Below, piece by piece: positions 17,444 through 26,803 of a DNA stretch of 46,595 nucleotides. This stretch comes from an uncultured Alphaproteobacteria bacterium (lineage in GTDB: Bacteria; Pseudomonadota; Alphaproteobacteria; CAAHEQ01; UBA3637). The translations under genes and the position numbers were made by a program. The first letter of the stretch is position 1. Every line of letters starts with the position of its first letter. The DNA lies in contig CALXUD010000002.1 in NCBI GenBank assembly GCA_944391585.1, forward strand, positions 1-46,595, given 5' to 3'. Under the pieces are notes generated by a model. That model saw nothing but the letters and a program-made list of their open reading frames with translations, did not search any database and was not told the origin of the DNA.

Positions 17444-18620
17444 CTGATTTCATTCCTTTAATTAAAAGCGAGACGATTTCGCCTTCTTTGTTCAAAATAT
17501 CTGTATATACTTTAACATAATTTTCGCAAAAGCCAACACCTGATTTTTCCAAAAGCACCTGAAGGGTTTTATTTTGAAGTGATTGGCAGAGTTTTTGATG
17601 TTGTTTTTGTCCCAGCTCTCGCAAGCGTTTGGCCCGTTCTTTTCGGATGGGAACAGCCACCATCGGCATTTTAGCTGCCGGTGTGCCTGAGCGGGCAGAG
17701 AAAGGAAAAACATGCAGGTGTGTGAGATTGGCTTGTTCAACCAAGCGCAGCGTGTTTTCAAATTGCTCTTCCGTTTCGGTGGGAAAACCGGTGATGAAAT
17801 CGGCTCCGAACGTTGTTTCAGGACGAATAGCACGTATCTGTTGCGTTAATTGAATTACATCTTCGCGGGTATGGCGTCGCCCCATACGCTTTAAAATTAA
17901 ATTATCGCCTGCTTGAATAGATAAATGCAGATGAGGCATTAAGCGTTCGTGGGACATGAGGTTGATAAAATCATTGTCCAGCGCCGCCGGATCTAAGGAA
18001 CCAAAACGCAGGCGTTTTAAGTCCGGTAATTCTGTCAACAGGCGTTTGATGAGAGATGAAAATCCGAAAGGATAAGCGGTGACGTCTACGCCGGTTAAAA
18101 TGATTTCCTGAAAGCCTAAGTTTAAAAAGCGGCGTGCTTGTTCCACGACTTTTTCAGGTGGCAGGCCTGTGTTTTTGCCGCGTGCTTGTTGTACGATGCA
18201 AAAAGTGCAAGCATGATCACAGCCTTGTTGAATTTGTAAGAAAGCTTTTGTTTTATCATCAAAGCGTTCAATCAAGGGTGGTGTTGGTAAGGTTGTTTCA
18301 ATCGGAGAAACCAAAACGGGTTGCGGTGCCGAGAAAGAAGCCGGATCTAATTTCTCGCGATTGCCCAAAACGCGGTCCACTTCCGGCATGCGAGCGTATT
18401 CTTCCGGATGTAATTGAGCAGCGCAGCCAGCAACAATAATGTAAGCCATCGGATTTTCTTTTTTTAATTTTCGGATGGTTTGACGGCATTGACGTTCGGC
18501 TTCACCTGTAACGGCGCACGTGTTAATAAGAATTACATTCTCTTTTAAAAAATGCATACGTTCTTTGATAACTTCAGATTCAAAAATGTTCAGGCGGCAG
18601 CCAAAGGTAATTACCTGCAT
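17421..18620 (-). CDS. mtaB: radical SAM methylthiotransferase, MtaB-like (tRNA ms2t6A)
   Basis: The N-terminus TFGCRLNIFESE and the radical SAM cluster CDHACTFC are present, along with a C-terminal TRAM-like region. Confidence 0.8.
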   Translation of the reverse strand: MQVITFGCRLNIFESEVIKERMHFLKENVILINTCAVTGEAERQCRQTIRKLKKENPMAYIIVAGCAAQLHPEEYARMPEVDRVLGNREKLDPASFSAPQPVLVSPIETTLPTPPLIERFDDKTKAFLQIQQGCDHACTFCIVQQARGKNTGLPPEKVVEQARRFLNLGFQEIILTGVDVTAYPFGFSSLIKRLLTELPDLKRLRFGSLDPAALDNDFINLMSHERLMPHLHLSIQAGDNLILKRMGRRHTREDVIQLTQQIRAIRPETTFGADFITGFPTETEEQFENTLRLVEQANLTHLHVFPFSARSGTPAAKMPMVAVPIRKERAKRLRELGQKQHQKLCQSLQNKTLQVLLEKSGVGFCENYVKVYTDILNKEGEIVSLLIKGMKSDGVVGHT

Positions 18621-19513
18621 TTTTTATGTTTCTTTTCTTGTTTTTGTTTTTTGTCTTGTTGTTTTTGATAGGATTTAAAGCGTGTGATTTTTACCTTTTT
18701 GATATGACGTGAATCCACATCTACCACCTGCAGGCGAATTCCGCTTGGTTGGTGAATGATGACCTCGCCCTTATGGGGCAAGCGACCGGCCAGATGGAAA
18801 ACGTAGCCGCCGATGGTGTCAATATCTTCCGGCAGTTTTTCTTGGTCAATAAAATCACCCGTAATGATTTCAATGTCTTTTAAATCAGCTTTAGCATCGG
18901 CTAAAATAGTTGTCTCATTCGGCCTTGAAATCAATTCTGTTTGATCCAATGCGTCGTGTTCATCTTCAATTTCGCCCACAATCACTTCCAATAAATCTTC
19001 CAGCGTAATCAGACCGTCTGTGCCACCGTATTCATCTACAACAACAGACATTTGAATTTTCTTTGCTTGCATTTCACGCAGCAAATCCAAAGCGCGGATA
19101 GAGGCCGGAACAAACAAAATGGAATGGTTGATAATATCATTTAAGCGGACATCCTGATTTTGTAAGTAGGCACACAGATAATCTTTTACGTGCAAAATCC
19201 CGATGATGTTATCCAATGTTTTATTATAAACCGGCAGACGTGTGAATTTATCGCGGATAATCAGCGCTTTTAAATCAGAGGGGGTAATCGTATCGGGAAT
19301 GCCAACGATGTCCACACGCGGAATCATCACTTGGCTGGCGCGTACGTCCTTCATCTTGAAAAGGTTTTTGAGCAACAGTAATTCATGTGAATCCACCAGA
19401 ACTTTATCTCCGCGCTCTTCGCGTTCGTCCATTATTTCTTCAACGGTTTCCAGAACCTCTTCTTCTTCCGGATGTTTGATAAAATGTGATTTGAGTGTTT
19501 GTAAAAAAGTCAT
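18611..19513 (-). CDS. corC: CBS-pair / CorC_HlyC domain protein (CorC/TlyC/YbeX family)
   Basis: The gene sits in the conserved miaB-phoH-ybeY-corC order. A CBS-pair region is followed by a transporter-associated C-terminal domain and a lysine-rich tail. Confidence 0.85.
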   Translation of the reverse strand: MTFLQTLKSHFIKHPEEEEVLETVEEIMDEREERGDKVLVDSHELLLLKNLFKMKDVRASQVMIPRVDIVGIPDTITPSDLKALIIRDKFTRLPVYNKTLDNIIGILHVKDYLCAYLQNQDVRLNDIINHSILFVPASIRALDLLREMQAKKIQMSVVVDEYGGTDGLITLEDLLEVIVGEIEDEHDALDQTELISRPNETTILADAKADLKDIEIITGDFIDQEKLPEDIDTIGGYVFHLAGRLPHKGEVIIHQPSGIRLQVVDVDSRHIKKVKITRFKSYQKQQDKKQKQEKKHKKCR

Positions 19514-19515
19514 TT

Positions 19516-19977
19516 TTAATCCTTATAGGGATCTGAAAATCCCAATTGTTGCATCAGTTTTGTTTCTAATTTTTCCATTTTTTGAGCTTGTTTTTCTTGA
19601 AGGTGATCATAGCCCAACAAATGAAGTGTTCCATGAATAAGCAGATGGGTAAAATGTGCCTTAAAAGAAAGATGCATTTCGTTTTTTTCTTTTAAAAGGG
19701 TGTCATAGCTCATCACGATATCGCCAGCCATCCAAGGGGCACCTTTAATCGGTTTATCCGGGCTTTCAAATGACAAAACGTTGGTTGGTTTATTTTTTTT
19801 ACGATATTTTTTGTTCAGTGTTTGTATGGTCTTATCATCGGTTAATGTAAGCGATATTTCCGAAGGTTCATGATGTGTTTGCCAAACAAAATTAACAACA
19901 TGTGTTGCGTATTTGCGAATGTTCCAAATGCGCAGATAAAACCGTTTATCGGCAATGTTTATATCTAATGTGGGCAT
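19516..19977 (-). CDS. ybeY: rRNA maturation endoribonuclease YbeY
   Basis: The HGTLHLLGYDH zinc motif is present. The start MPTLDINI at 19977 is preferred because it has a GAAGGA RBS and lies 1 nt after the phoH stop. The track ORF extends to 20004. Confidence 0.9.
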   Translation of the reverse strand: MPTLDINIADKRFYLRIWNIRKYATHVVNFVWQTHHEPSEISLTLTDDKTIQTLNKKYRKKNKPTNVLSFESPDKPIKGAPWMAGDIVMSYDTLLKEKNEMHLSFKAHFTHLLIHGTLHLLGYDHLQEKQAQKMEKLETKLMQQLGFSDPYKD

Positions 19978-19978
19978 G

Positions 19979-20914
19979 TTATCCTTCTTTACGAGCTTGA
20001 TCATACGCTTTTACAATTTTGGAAACCAATCCGTGGCGTACAACGTCTTTTTCCGTAAAAGTAATGAACGCAATTTCAGGTACGTTTTTCAAAATGTTAA
20101 TAGCATCATTTAAGCCGGATTGAACCCCACGCGGTAAATCGGTTTGTGTTAAATCGCCGTTGATAACCATACGCGATCCTTCTCCTAAACGGGTTAAAAA
20201 CATTTTCATTTGCATGGCGGTTGTGTTTTGAGCTTCATCCAAAATAACCATGCTATGAGCTAATGTGCGGCCGCGCATATAAGCAAGTGGCGCAATTTCA
20301 ATTTCGCCTGATTCCAATTTTTTTTCAACAATATCCGCGGGTAGCATTTCATACAGTGCATCATAAAGTGGGCGCAGATAAGGATCAATTTTTTCTTTTA
20401 AATCACCAGGGAGAAAACCCAAATTTTCACCGGCTTCCACTGCTGGGCGTGTTAAAATAATACGATCAACCGTGCCATCCAACATGGCAGAAACGGCTTT
20501 AGCCACCGCTAAATAAGTTTTCCCCGTTCCGGCGGGACCGATACCGAACACCATTTCATGTGTATTCATTGCTTCAATGAAAGCGCCTTGCGTTTCAGTG
20601 CGTGGATTGATGTGTTTCTTTTTGGTGCGCAATGTTAAATCAGATGCCCGATAGGTATCTTTTGTGTTCAAAGCGTTCTCAATATCATTTGTGTTAATAT
20701 CGCTCATGGTTTTTGCCCTTTCGTATAAAAAATCCAAAATTTTAAGTACTTGCTGAATGGCAGCGACGTCTTTATGGGTTAATGTCAGCGTATTGCCTCG
20801 ATGTTGGATTGAAACGCCGGTTTTTCGGGTGATTTCAATAAAATTTTCATCTAATGGGCCGGCCAGTTTTTGCAAGACGGCATTATCAGCAAATGTTTTT
20901 TGTTTTTGTATCAT
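19979..20914 (-). CDS. phoH: PhoH-like ATPase (YbeZ)
   Basis: Walker A GPAGTGKTYLA and Walker B VILDEAQN are present, with KH-like N-terminal context. Confidence 0.9.
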   Translation of the reverse strand: MIQKQKTFADNAVLQKLAGPLDENFIEITRKTGVSIQHRGNTLTLTHKDVAAIQQVLKILDFLYERAKTMSDINTNDIENALNTKDTYRASDLTLRTKKKHINPRTETQGAFIEAMNTHEMVFGIGPAGTGKTYLAVAKAVSAMLDGTVDRIILTRPAVEAGENLGFLPGDLKEKIDPYLRPLYDALYEMLPADIVEKKLESGEIEIAPLAYMRGRTLAHSMVILDEAQNTTAMQMKMFLTRLGEGSRMVINGDLTQTDLPRGVQSGLNDAINILKNVPEIAFITFTEKDVVRHGLVSKIVKAYDQARKEG

Positions 20915-22260
20915 GCGTTTAGTATATCAGGAATTAGAGTTCCTGACAAGGAAGAAGCGGTAGCTGAAGTTATTTTTACCGGTAAAATTTGTCCAATCAA
21001 AGAATTGGGTGCTTCCACGTGTGTGTTTTGCATATAAGGTGTCCAGCCCATCCATTGGCCGGATTTGGCGCCTTTTGTTGTAAATAAAACAAAAATGGTT
21101 TGTCCGACAAAGCGTTTATTAAAGGCTTTTTGTTGTTCCAGTAAAAGTTTTTGCAAGCGGGCGAGGCGTTCTTTTTTGACCGATTCCGCAATTTGGTTTT
21201 TCATCAAAGAAGCCGGTGTGCCCGGGCGGGGCGAGTATTTAAACGAATAGCTTTGTGCATATTGAACGTGTTGAGCAATCGCTAATGTTTGTTCAAAATC
21301 AGCGTCCGTTTCGCCGGGGAATCCGACAATAAAGTCAGATGAAATGGCGATATCCGGGCGCGCCGTGCGGAATTTTTGAATAATTTCCAAATAACCGGCA
21401 ACTGTATATTGACGGTTCATGGCTTTTAAAACCGTGTCAGAACCTGCTTGAATCGGTAAGTGGATATAAGGCATCAATTTATCAATTTCCCGATGAGCAT
21501 TGATAAGATTGTCCGTTATTTTAGAAGGGTATGAAGTTGTGTATCGGATGCGTTCCAATCCCTTGATTTTTGAAACCTCATAAATCAAATCGCCTAAATC
21601 CATTTCGTTTTTTTGCTCATAATCAAGCCCGTGCCAGCAGTTAACGTTTTGACCGAGAAGCATGATTTCTTTAGCTCCGTTTTGCACCAATGCGCGTGCT
21701 TCTTCCATGATTTCCGACAAAGAACGTGAATACTCGCATCCGCGTGTGTAAGGCACAACGCAATAAGAGCAAAAGTTGTCGCACCCTTCTTGAATGGCCA
21801 AAAAAGTGCTAACTTCAGAATGTGTGGTTTGGGGCAAGAAATCAAATTTGGAAACGGCCGGAAAATCAGCTTCAATCAGGCGGTTATGTGCCCGTAAATA
21901 TTCTGCAATCATTTGGGGTAATTTATGATAACTTTGGGGGCCGACCGCCAAATCAATGGCGTGATTTTTTTTGAAAATTTCTTTGCCTTGTGCCTGCACA
22001 ACGCAACCGGCAACAATAATCAAGGTGTCTAAGCCACGTGTGGCCCGCTTCTTTTTAATTTCGTTTAAGCGGCCAACTTCGGAAAATAATTTATCGGCAG
22101 CTTTTTCCCGAATATGGCAAGTGTTGAGAAGAAGGATATCCGCCTCTTCTTTGCAATCGGTTTGATGGTAGCCCAATTGTTTTAGAGCATCTGCTATTCG
22201 GTTAGAATCATAGACATTCATTTGACAGCCGAATGTTTTAATATATAGGTGTTTTTTCAT
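20911..22260 (-). CDS. miaB: tRNA-2-methylthio-N6-dimethylallyladenosine synthase MiaB
   Basis: Motifs present: IKTFGCQMNVYDS, the radical SAM cluster CDNFCSYCVVPYTRG, and a TRAM C-terminus. Confidence 0.95.
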   Translation of the reverse strand: MKKHLYIKTFGCQMNVYDSNRIADALKQLGYHQTDCKEEADILLLNTCHIREKAADKLFSEVGRLNEIKKKRATRGLDTLIIVAGCVVQAQGKEIFKKNHAIDLAVGPQSYHKLPQMIAEYLRAHNRLIEADFPAVSKFDFLPQTTHSEVSTFLAIQEGCDNFCSYCVVPYTRGCEYSRSLSEIMEEARALVQNGAKEIMLLGQNVNCWHGLDYEQKNEMDLGDLIYEVSKIKGLERIRYTTSYPSKITDNLINAHREIDKLMPYIHLPIQAGSDTVLKAMNRQYTVAGYLEIIQKFRTARPDIAISSDFIVGFPGETDADFEQTLAIAQHVQYAQSYSFKYSPRPGTPASLMKNQIAESVKKERLARLQKLLLEQQKAFNKRFVGQTIFVLFTTKGAKSGQWMGWTPYMQNTHVEAPNSLIGQILPVKITSATASSLSGTLIPDILNA

Positions 22261-22970
22261 TTTTGCTGAAGACTTTCAATTTTTTCTTTAAGGTGATCCA
22301 TAGCTTGTTTTGCGCTAAAAGCATCCGGTTGACCGGTTGATGGGAAAACAACTTGTTGAAATTGGGTGTATTCGGTTGGCGTGAGGACACTTTGTGCCGC
22401 ATCCAAAAGTTTTTTGGATTTAAAGGTTTGAACTTCCTGTAGGGCCTTTTTTTTCTTCACATCCGATAGGGTGGAAGCGTATTCTTTTAAGTGTTTAGAT
22501 GCGGTTGGATCTTCTTTGGTGTTAGAAGGATAGTACCATTTTTGTTCAGAGGGTTCATTGGCTAAAAGCAAGAGGGCGTAAGGCGTGATTTTAAGGGATT
22601 TAAAACCGGTCAGGGAACCGCTTTGTATCATATTTTCAACCGTGCCATAATAATCCAAAATTTGTTGACGGGTCAGTAAATCTTTATCCAATGTCAACAA
22701 AAGAAGCGCCAATTCAGTTTGAGCAACGGCGTTGCCGTTATCTGCCGCAAGATGGTAATAAAATAAAGATTGTGTGGTGTTTTTTTGGCGGTTATAATAA
22801 CGTGCCAGCATCAGTTGGGTTTCATCATCATTTTGAGCCAGAGCGCATTGTGTGTAAAACGGTAAGGCCGTTTCCAGTCCGTTTTTACGGGCGGCAGTGT
22901 CTCCCAACGGGCAAAAGGCGTTGGCGTTCAGGGTAATTAAAAGACAGAAAACAAAAAGTGTTTTTTTCAT
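22257..22970 (-). CDS. secreted Sel1/TPR-like repeat protein
   Basis: A signal peptide (MKKTLFVFCLLITLNANA) is followed by Sel1-like segments (LARYYNRQKN...YYHLAADNGNAVAQTELALLL). Confidence 0.55.
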   Translation of the reverse strand: MKKTLFVFCLLITLNANAFCPLGDTAARKNGLETALPFYTQCALAQNDDETQLMLARYYNRQKNTTQSLFYYHLAADNGNAVAQTELALLLLTLDKDLLTRQQILDYYGTVENMIQSGSLTGFKSLKITPYALLLLANEPSEQKWYYPSNTKEDPTASKHLKEYASTLSDVKKKKALQEVQTFKSKKLLDAAQSVLTPTEYTQFQQVVFPSTGQPDAFSAKQAMDHLKEKIESLQQK

Positions 22971-23764
22971 TTGAAAACAATGTCCATGCGTTTAACCGTG
23001 TCCGGTACCGGTGTGATTTCAGTGTAAAATGGCAGGGTGCTTTTTGCCATAATCTTTTTTTGAATTGGAATGACTTCTTGCGTGTAGATCAATGTATTGG
23101 CCGCGTCATATAATTCAATCCAGAAAGAATGTGTCGGTTGCGTTTGGTTTGCCGGATTATAAAGGGCCCCTTGAACCAAGAGACGTAAGCCGTTTTGTTG
23201 ATCCGGTACAACTCTGAATGAGGTGTCAATCACTTCCAAAGCCGGTGTGGCAACGGGAGTCGTTTGTGGGATTTCCTTTTCTAAAAAAATGGATTGTTTT
23301 AATGTATCCGGCATCAGGAATAAAACAGCCATTATCAACATAACCAGCACCGCTAAAAGCAGAATAATCCAAAACAAGGGGCTGGATTGACGCTGTTCAG
23401 ACACCGGTTTGAATTCTTCAGGAACGGAAAGAAGTGGAGCGTTTTGGGAGGCGGATTTCGGCGCTGTTGTATCCTGCGTTTTTAGTTCGGGAGGCAAGGG
23501 CTCTTCTTTTTCCGAAAATGTCGGTTGAATTTGAGATAAAACGCTTTTTGTTTCTTGTGTGGATATTCCAGACGCAGCGATGTCCGTATCGGTGTTTAAG
23601 GTTTCTGGTTCCGACTTTGGGGAAGCAGATGTATCAGAAAGGGTGGAGGTCGGCGTATATTTGAAAACATGATTGCACCCAGAACAGCGCAACGGCTGGC
23701 CCGGCTTAATGAAAGAGGCATCTATGTCAAAAATGGCGCCACATTTTTCGCATTTGATGAACAT
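22967..23764 (-). CDS. MJ0042-type zinc-ribbon protein with a TM segment and a DUF3426-like C-terminal domain
   Basis: The N-terminus is MFIKCEKCGAIFDIDASFIKPGQPLRCSGCNHVF. It is followed by a low-complexity linker, one TM segment and a beta-rich C-terminus. Confidence 0.65.
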   Translation of the reverse strand: MFIKCEKCGAIFDIDASFIKPGQPLRCSGCNHVFKYTPTSTLSDTSASPKSEPETLNTDTDIAASGISTQETKSVLSQIQPTFSEKEEPLPPELKTQDTTAPKSASQNAPLLSVPEEFKPVSEQRQSSPLFWIILLLAVLVMLIMAVLFLMPDTLKQSIFLEKEIPQTTPVATPALEVIDTSFRVVPDQQNGLRLLVQGALYNPANQTQPTHSFWIELYDAANTLIYTQEVIPIQKKIMAKSTLPFYTEITPVPDTVKRMDIVFK

Positions 23765-23849
23765 TTATCTTTTCCTTTGTTTGAAAATAGTGTAAAAGAA
23801 GTATATATGATTTTAAAAAAAGATACAAGTGAATAGAGGGATTTTTTAA

Positions 23850-24596
23850 GTGATTCAATCTAATAAATTAACAAATCCGGTTGCAGAATTTAATGGCGTT
23901 TTTTTGCGCTATCCCGGTGGACATGATGTATTGAAGGAAATTCAGCTGACGCTGGAGCCGGCTTCATTTCATTTTTTGACAGGGGAAAGTGGTGCGGGTA
24001 AGACATCTTTATTGCGGTTGCTTTATTTAAATCATTTGCCGTCTAAAGGTCGGATACGTCTGTTTGGTCAAGCGGTGGACACCTTGAATCGTCGGCAACG
24101 CACCTTGATTCGTCGCAAAATCGGGGTAGTATTTCAGGATTTTCAATTGTTGGAACATTTGAATGCGTTTGACAATGTGGCTTTGCCGTTACGGATTGAA
24201 GGTGTGCGCGAATCCGAAGTGAAGCGGCATGTAACTGAATTATTGGCTTGGGTAGGATTAGAAAAACAATTACTGGCCTATCCCGACACCCTATCTGGCG
24301 GAGAAAAACAGCGTATTGCGATTGCGCGGGCTGTTATTAATCGGCCTCAATTGTTGTTAGCAGATGAGCCGACCGGCAATGTGGATGATGAGCTTGCTAA
24401 ACGGCTTTTATATTTGTTTTTGGAATTAAACAAGTTAGGAACAACGGTTGTGATTGCAACGCATAATAAACAACTGATTAAACATTTCGGATTTCCCGAA
24501 TTGCATTTAAAAGAGGGACGGTTGGAAGTTATTCCGGAAAACAAGTATATGGATATGGCGATGAAGTTATTTGCGCGGGGGGAAAAGCATGATTAA
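23850..24596 (+). CDS. ftsE: cell division ABC transporter ATPase FtsE
   Basis: Walker A GESGAGKTS, signature LSGGEKQR and Walker B LLLADEPTGN are present. The start codon is GTG. ftsX follows. Confidence 0.9.
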   Translation: MIQSNKLTNPVAEFNGVFLRYPGGHDVLKEIQLTLEPASFHFLTGESGAGKTSLLRLLYLNHLPSKGRIRLFGQAVDTLNRRQRTLIRRKIGVVFQDFQLLEHLNAFDNVALPLRIEGVRESEVKRHVTELLAWVGLEKQLLAYPDTLSGGEKQRIAIARAVINRPQLLLADEPTGNVDDELAKRLLYLFLELNKLGTTVVIATHNKQLIKHFGFPELHLKEGRLEVIPENKYMDMAMKLFARGEKHD

Positions 24597-25479
24597 AAAA
24601 GATATTCCTTTCAGAGAAGACACCGCAAAATATTTTTTACCATGGATGAGTTTTTTGATGGTTTTTATTGCCGTTTTAGCATTGACCGGCGGGTTTAAAA
24701 TTCAAAATATTTTGAATACATGGCAGATCGGCGTATCCGGTTCCATGACGGTTCAAATTCCGGCATATGATGCGCAGGGTAAATCTCGTGAGGCTGTTTT
24801 GGATGAGGAAATTGAACAGGTTTTAACAATCTTGCGCTCCAGTGAGGGGGTTCTTGGTGCAGAAGTGGTTTCGGACGAACAGATGAAAGCATTGATGGAG
24901 CCGTGGATGGGGGGCGAATTGGATATTCAATTATTGCCGCTGCCTAAGTTGATTGATGTGTCGGTGGATGCTCAAAATTTACCGAATTTAACCACGATTA
25001 AAAGTGAGTTGGCAAAGCAGGTCCCTTCGGCTGTTTTAGATAGTCATCGAATTTGGCTAGATTCTCTATTGAAGATTATTCATATGGTGATTGAATTGAT
25101 TTCATTTGTGTTGGTTTTGTTGATTTTAACGGCAACTTTTACGGTGATGTATTCCACAAACGCCAGTTTGTCGGTGCATCAGCCGGTTATTGCTTTGATT
25201 CACATGATTGGCGCCGGTGATTTTTATATTGCCATTCAGTATGCATATCGGAATTTAAAATTGATTTTTGCCGGTGGGTGTTTCGGATTACTGGCGAGTA
25301 TAGGATTGGTTTTTCTGATTTCTTACTTTACACGCTATTTGTTTGTTGATTTTTATCCAAATGCGGTGTTGGATACACTGCAATGGGGATTGATTCTTTC
25401 TGTGCCGGTATGGGTTGGGATCTTGGGATTTATTACAACATACTTGACGGTTTTAAAATACCTGAAACGGTTTTTATGA
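24589..25479 (+). CDS. ftsX: cell division permease-like protein FtsX
   Basis: The topology is TM1, a periplasmic domain, then three C-terminal TM segments. The ATG at 24589 overlaps the ftsE stop by 8 nt. The track ORF starts at 24571. Confidence 0.8.
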   Translation: MIKKDIPFREDTAKYFLPWMSFLMVFIAVLALTGGFKIQNILNTWQIGVSGSMTVQIPAYDAQGKSREAVLDEEIEQVLTILRSSEGVLGAEVVSDEQMKALMEPWMGGELDIQLLPLPKLIDVSVDAQNLPNLTTIKSELAKQVPSAVLDSHRIWLDSLLKIIHMVIELISFVLVLLILTATFTVMYSTNASLSVHQPVIALIHMIGAGDFYIAIQYAYRNLKLIFAGGCFGLLASIGLVFLISYFTRYLFVDFYPNAVLDTLQWGLILSVPVWVGILGFITTYLTVLKYLKRFL

Positions 25480-26060
25480 TGATTCATATAAAACAATTTA
25501 TCCTTTATACAGTTGGTGTGATAGTCTTGCTTTGGGGTATTGGATTTTGTGGGTTTTGTTATTATGCCATAACACTTAAATATTCATCAGATACCCCAGT
25601 GGATGCCGTAGTCGCGTTGACAGGTGGTGCTGATCGGATTCAAACAGCTGTTCAAAAATTGAATGAGCGTGGGTTAAAAGATTTATTGATTTCGGGTGTG
25701 AATAAGTCTGTACCTCCCGATGAAATATTAAAACATTTACAGGTATCAAAAGAATGTCAGCCAACATTAGGCTATTGGGCTGAAAACACGGCTCAAAATG
25801 CGGTGGAAGTGTCGGATTGGGTATTAGAAAATCACTTTCATTCTATTTTATTGGTTACGAGCTTTTATCATATGCCGAGAGCGATGTTTGAAATTTTAAA
25901 GCATAATGAAGAGTTGATTATTGTGCCGTATTCGGTTTTCCCAAAGAGTTTTAATAATTCAGTGGAATGGGTTCGGACAAAATATGCTTGGTTTTTATTT
26001 TTAGAATATAATAAGTTTATTGCGGTTCATTTAATGTCAGTGATAAGGAGTTTTTTGTGA
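25476..26060 (+). CDS. DUF218 (YdcF/ElyC/SanA-like) membrane-anchored protein
   Basis: The start MMIHIKQF at 25476 overlaps the ftsX stop (ATGA). An N-terminal TM segment is followed by DAVVALTGGADRIQTAV...LLISGVN. The track ORF starts at 25383, inside ftsX. Confidence 0.7.
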   Translation: MMIHIKQFILYTVGVIVLLWGIGFCGFCYYAITLKYSSDTPVDAVVALTGGADRIQTAVQKLNERGLKDLLISGVNKSVPPDEILKHLQVSKECQPTLGYWAENTAQNAVEVSDWVLENHFHSILLVTSFYHMPRAMFEILKHNEELIIVPYSVFPKSFNNSVEWVRTKYAWFLFLEYNKFIAVHLMSVIRSFL

Positions 26061-26803
26061 TGCGGTGTATGTTGCAATGGGTGCGTTCTATATTATTTCA
26101 GATTATTTTTTACAGCTGGACGGCGTTGTTGTGTATTTTATTTATCCCAACCTTATTGATGGGGCGCAAAGCAGCCTATTTAATGCCATATTGTTGGACA
26201 AAATCCGTTCCGTTTATTTTAAAATGGGTGTGCGGGATTCGGATTGAAGTGAAAGGATTGGAAAATTTGCCGAAAGAAAATGGCTACATTATCGCTTCTA
26301 AACATCAATCGGCTTTGGAAACATTGATGTTCCATCCGTTTGTGCCAAATGTTTTTTTTGTGTTAAAGCGAGAATTATTATGGTTGCCGATTGCGGGATT
26401 ATATGCCTGGCGCACAGATTGTGTTGGAATTAACCGTTCCGGTGGGGCTGTGACAATGCGTAAGATGTTAAATGATGTTCAAAAAAATTTAAAAAAAGGA
26501 TTGAATCTGGTTATTTTCCCAGAAGGAACCAGAACCAAACCCGGCACAAAAAAACCGTATAGTCCGGGGGTGGCTTTATTATATGAGCAATGCCAAGTAC
26601 CAGTGGTGCCGGTTGCGGTTAATTCCGGTTATTTTTGGCCGAAAAATTCAGTGAGAAAATATCCCGGAACAGCTGTGATTGAGTTTTTAAAACCGATTCC
26701 AATTGGGCTGCATAAGCGGGCTTTTATGAATGAATTATATGACCGGATTGAAGAACGTCAGGATTTGTTTGAAGATCCGTTTAAGGAGAAAGCTAAATGC
26801 TAA
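26057..26803 (+). CDS. plsC: 1-acyl-sn-glycerol-3-phosphate acyltransferase
   Basis: The acyltransferase motifs ASKHQSALE (HX4D-type block) and VIFPEGTRT are present. Confidence 0.85.
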   Translation: MMRCMLQWVRSILFQIIFYSWTALLCILFIPTLLMGRKAAYLMPYCWTKSVPFILKWVCGIRIEVKGLENLPKENGYIIASKHQSALETLMFHPFVPNVFFVLKRELLWLPIAGLYAWRTDCVGINRSGGAVTMRKMLNDVQKNLKKGLNLVIFPEGTRTKPGTKKPYSPGVALLYEQCQVPVVPVAVNSGYFWPKNSVRKYPGTAVIEFLKPIPIGLHKRAFMNELYDRIEERQDLFEDPFKEKAKC

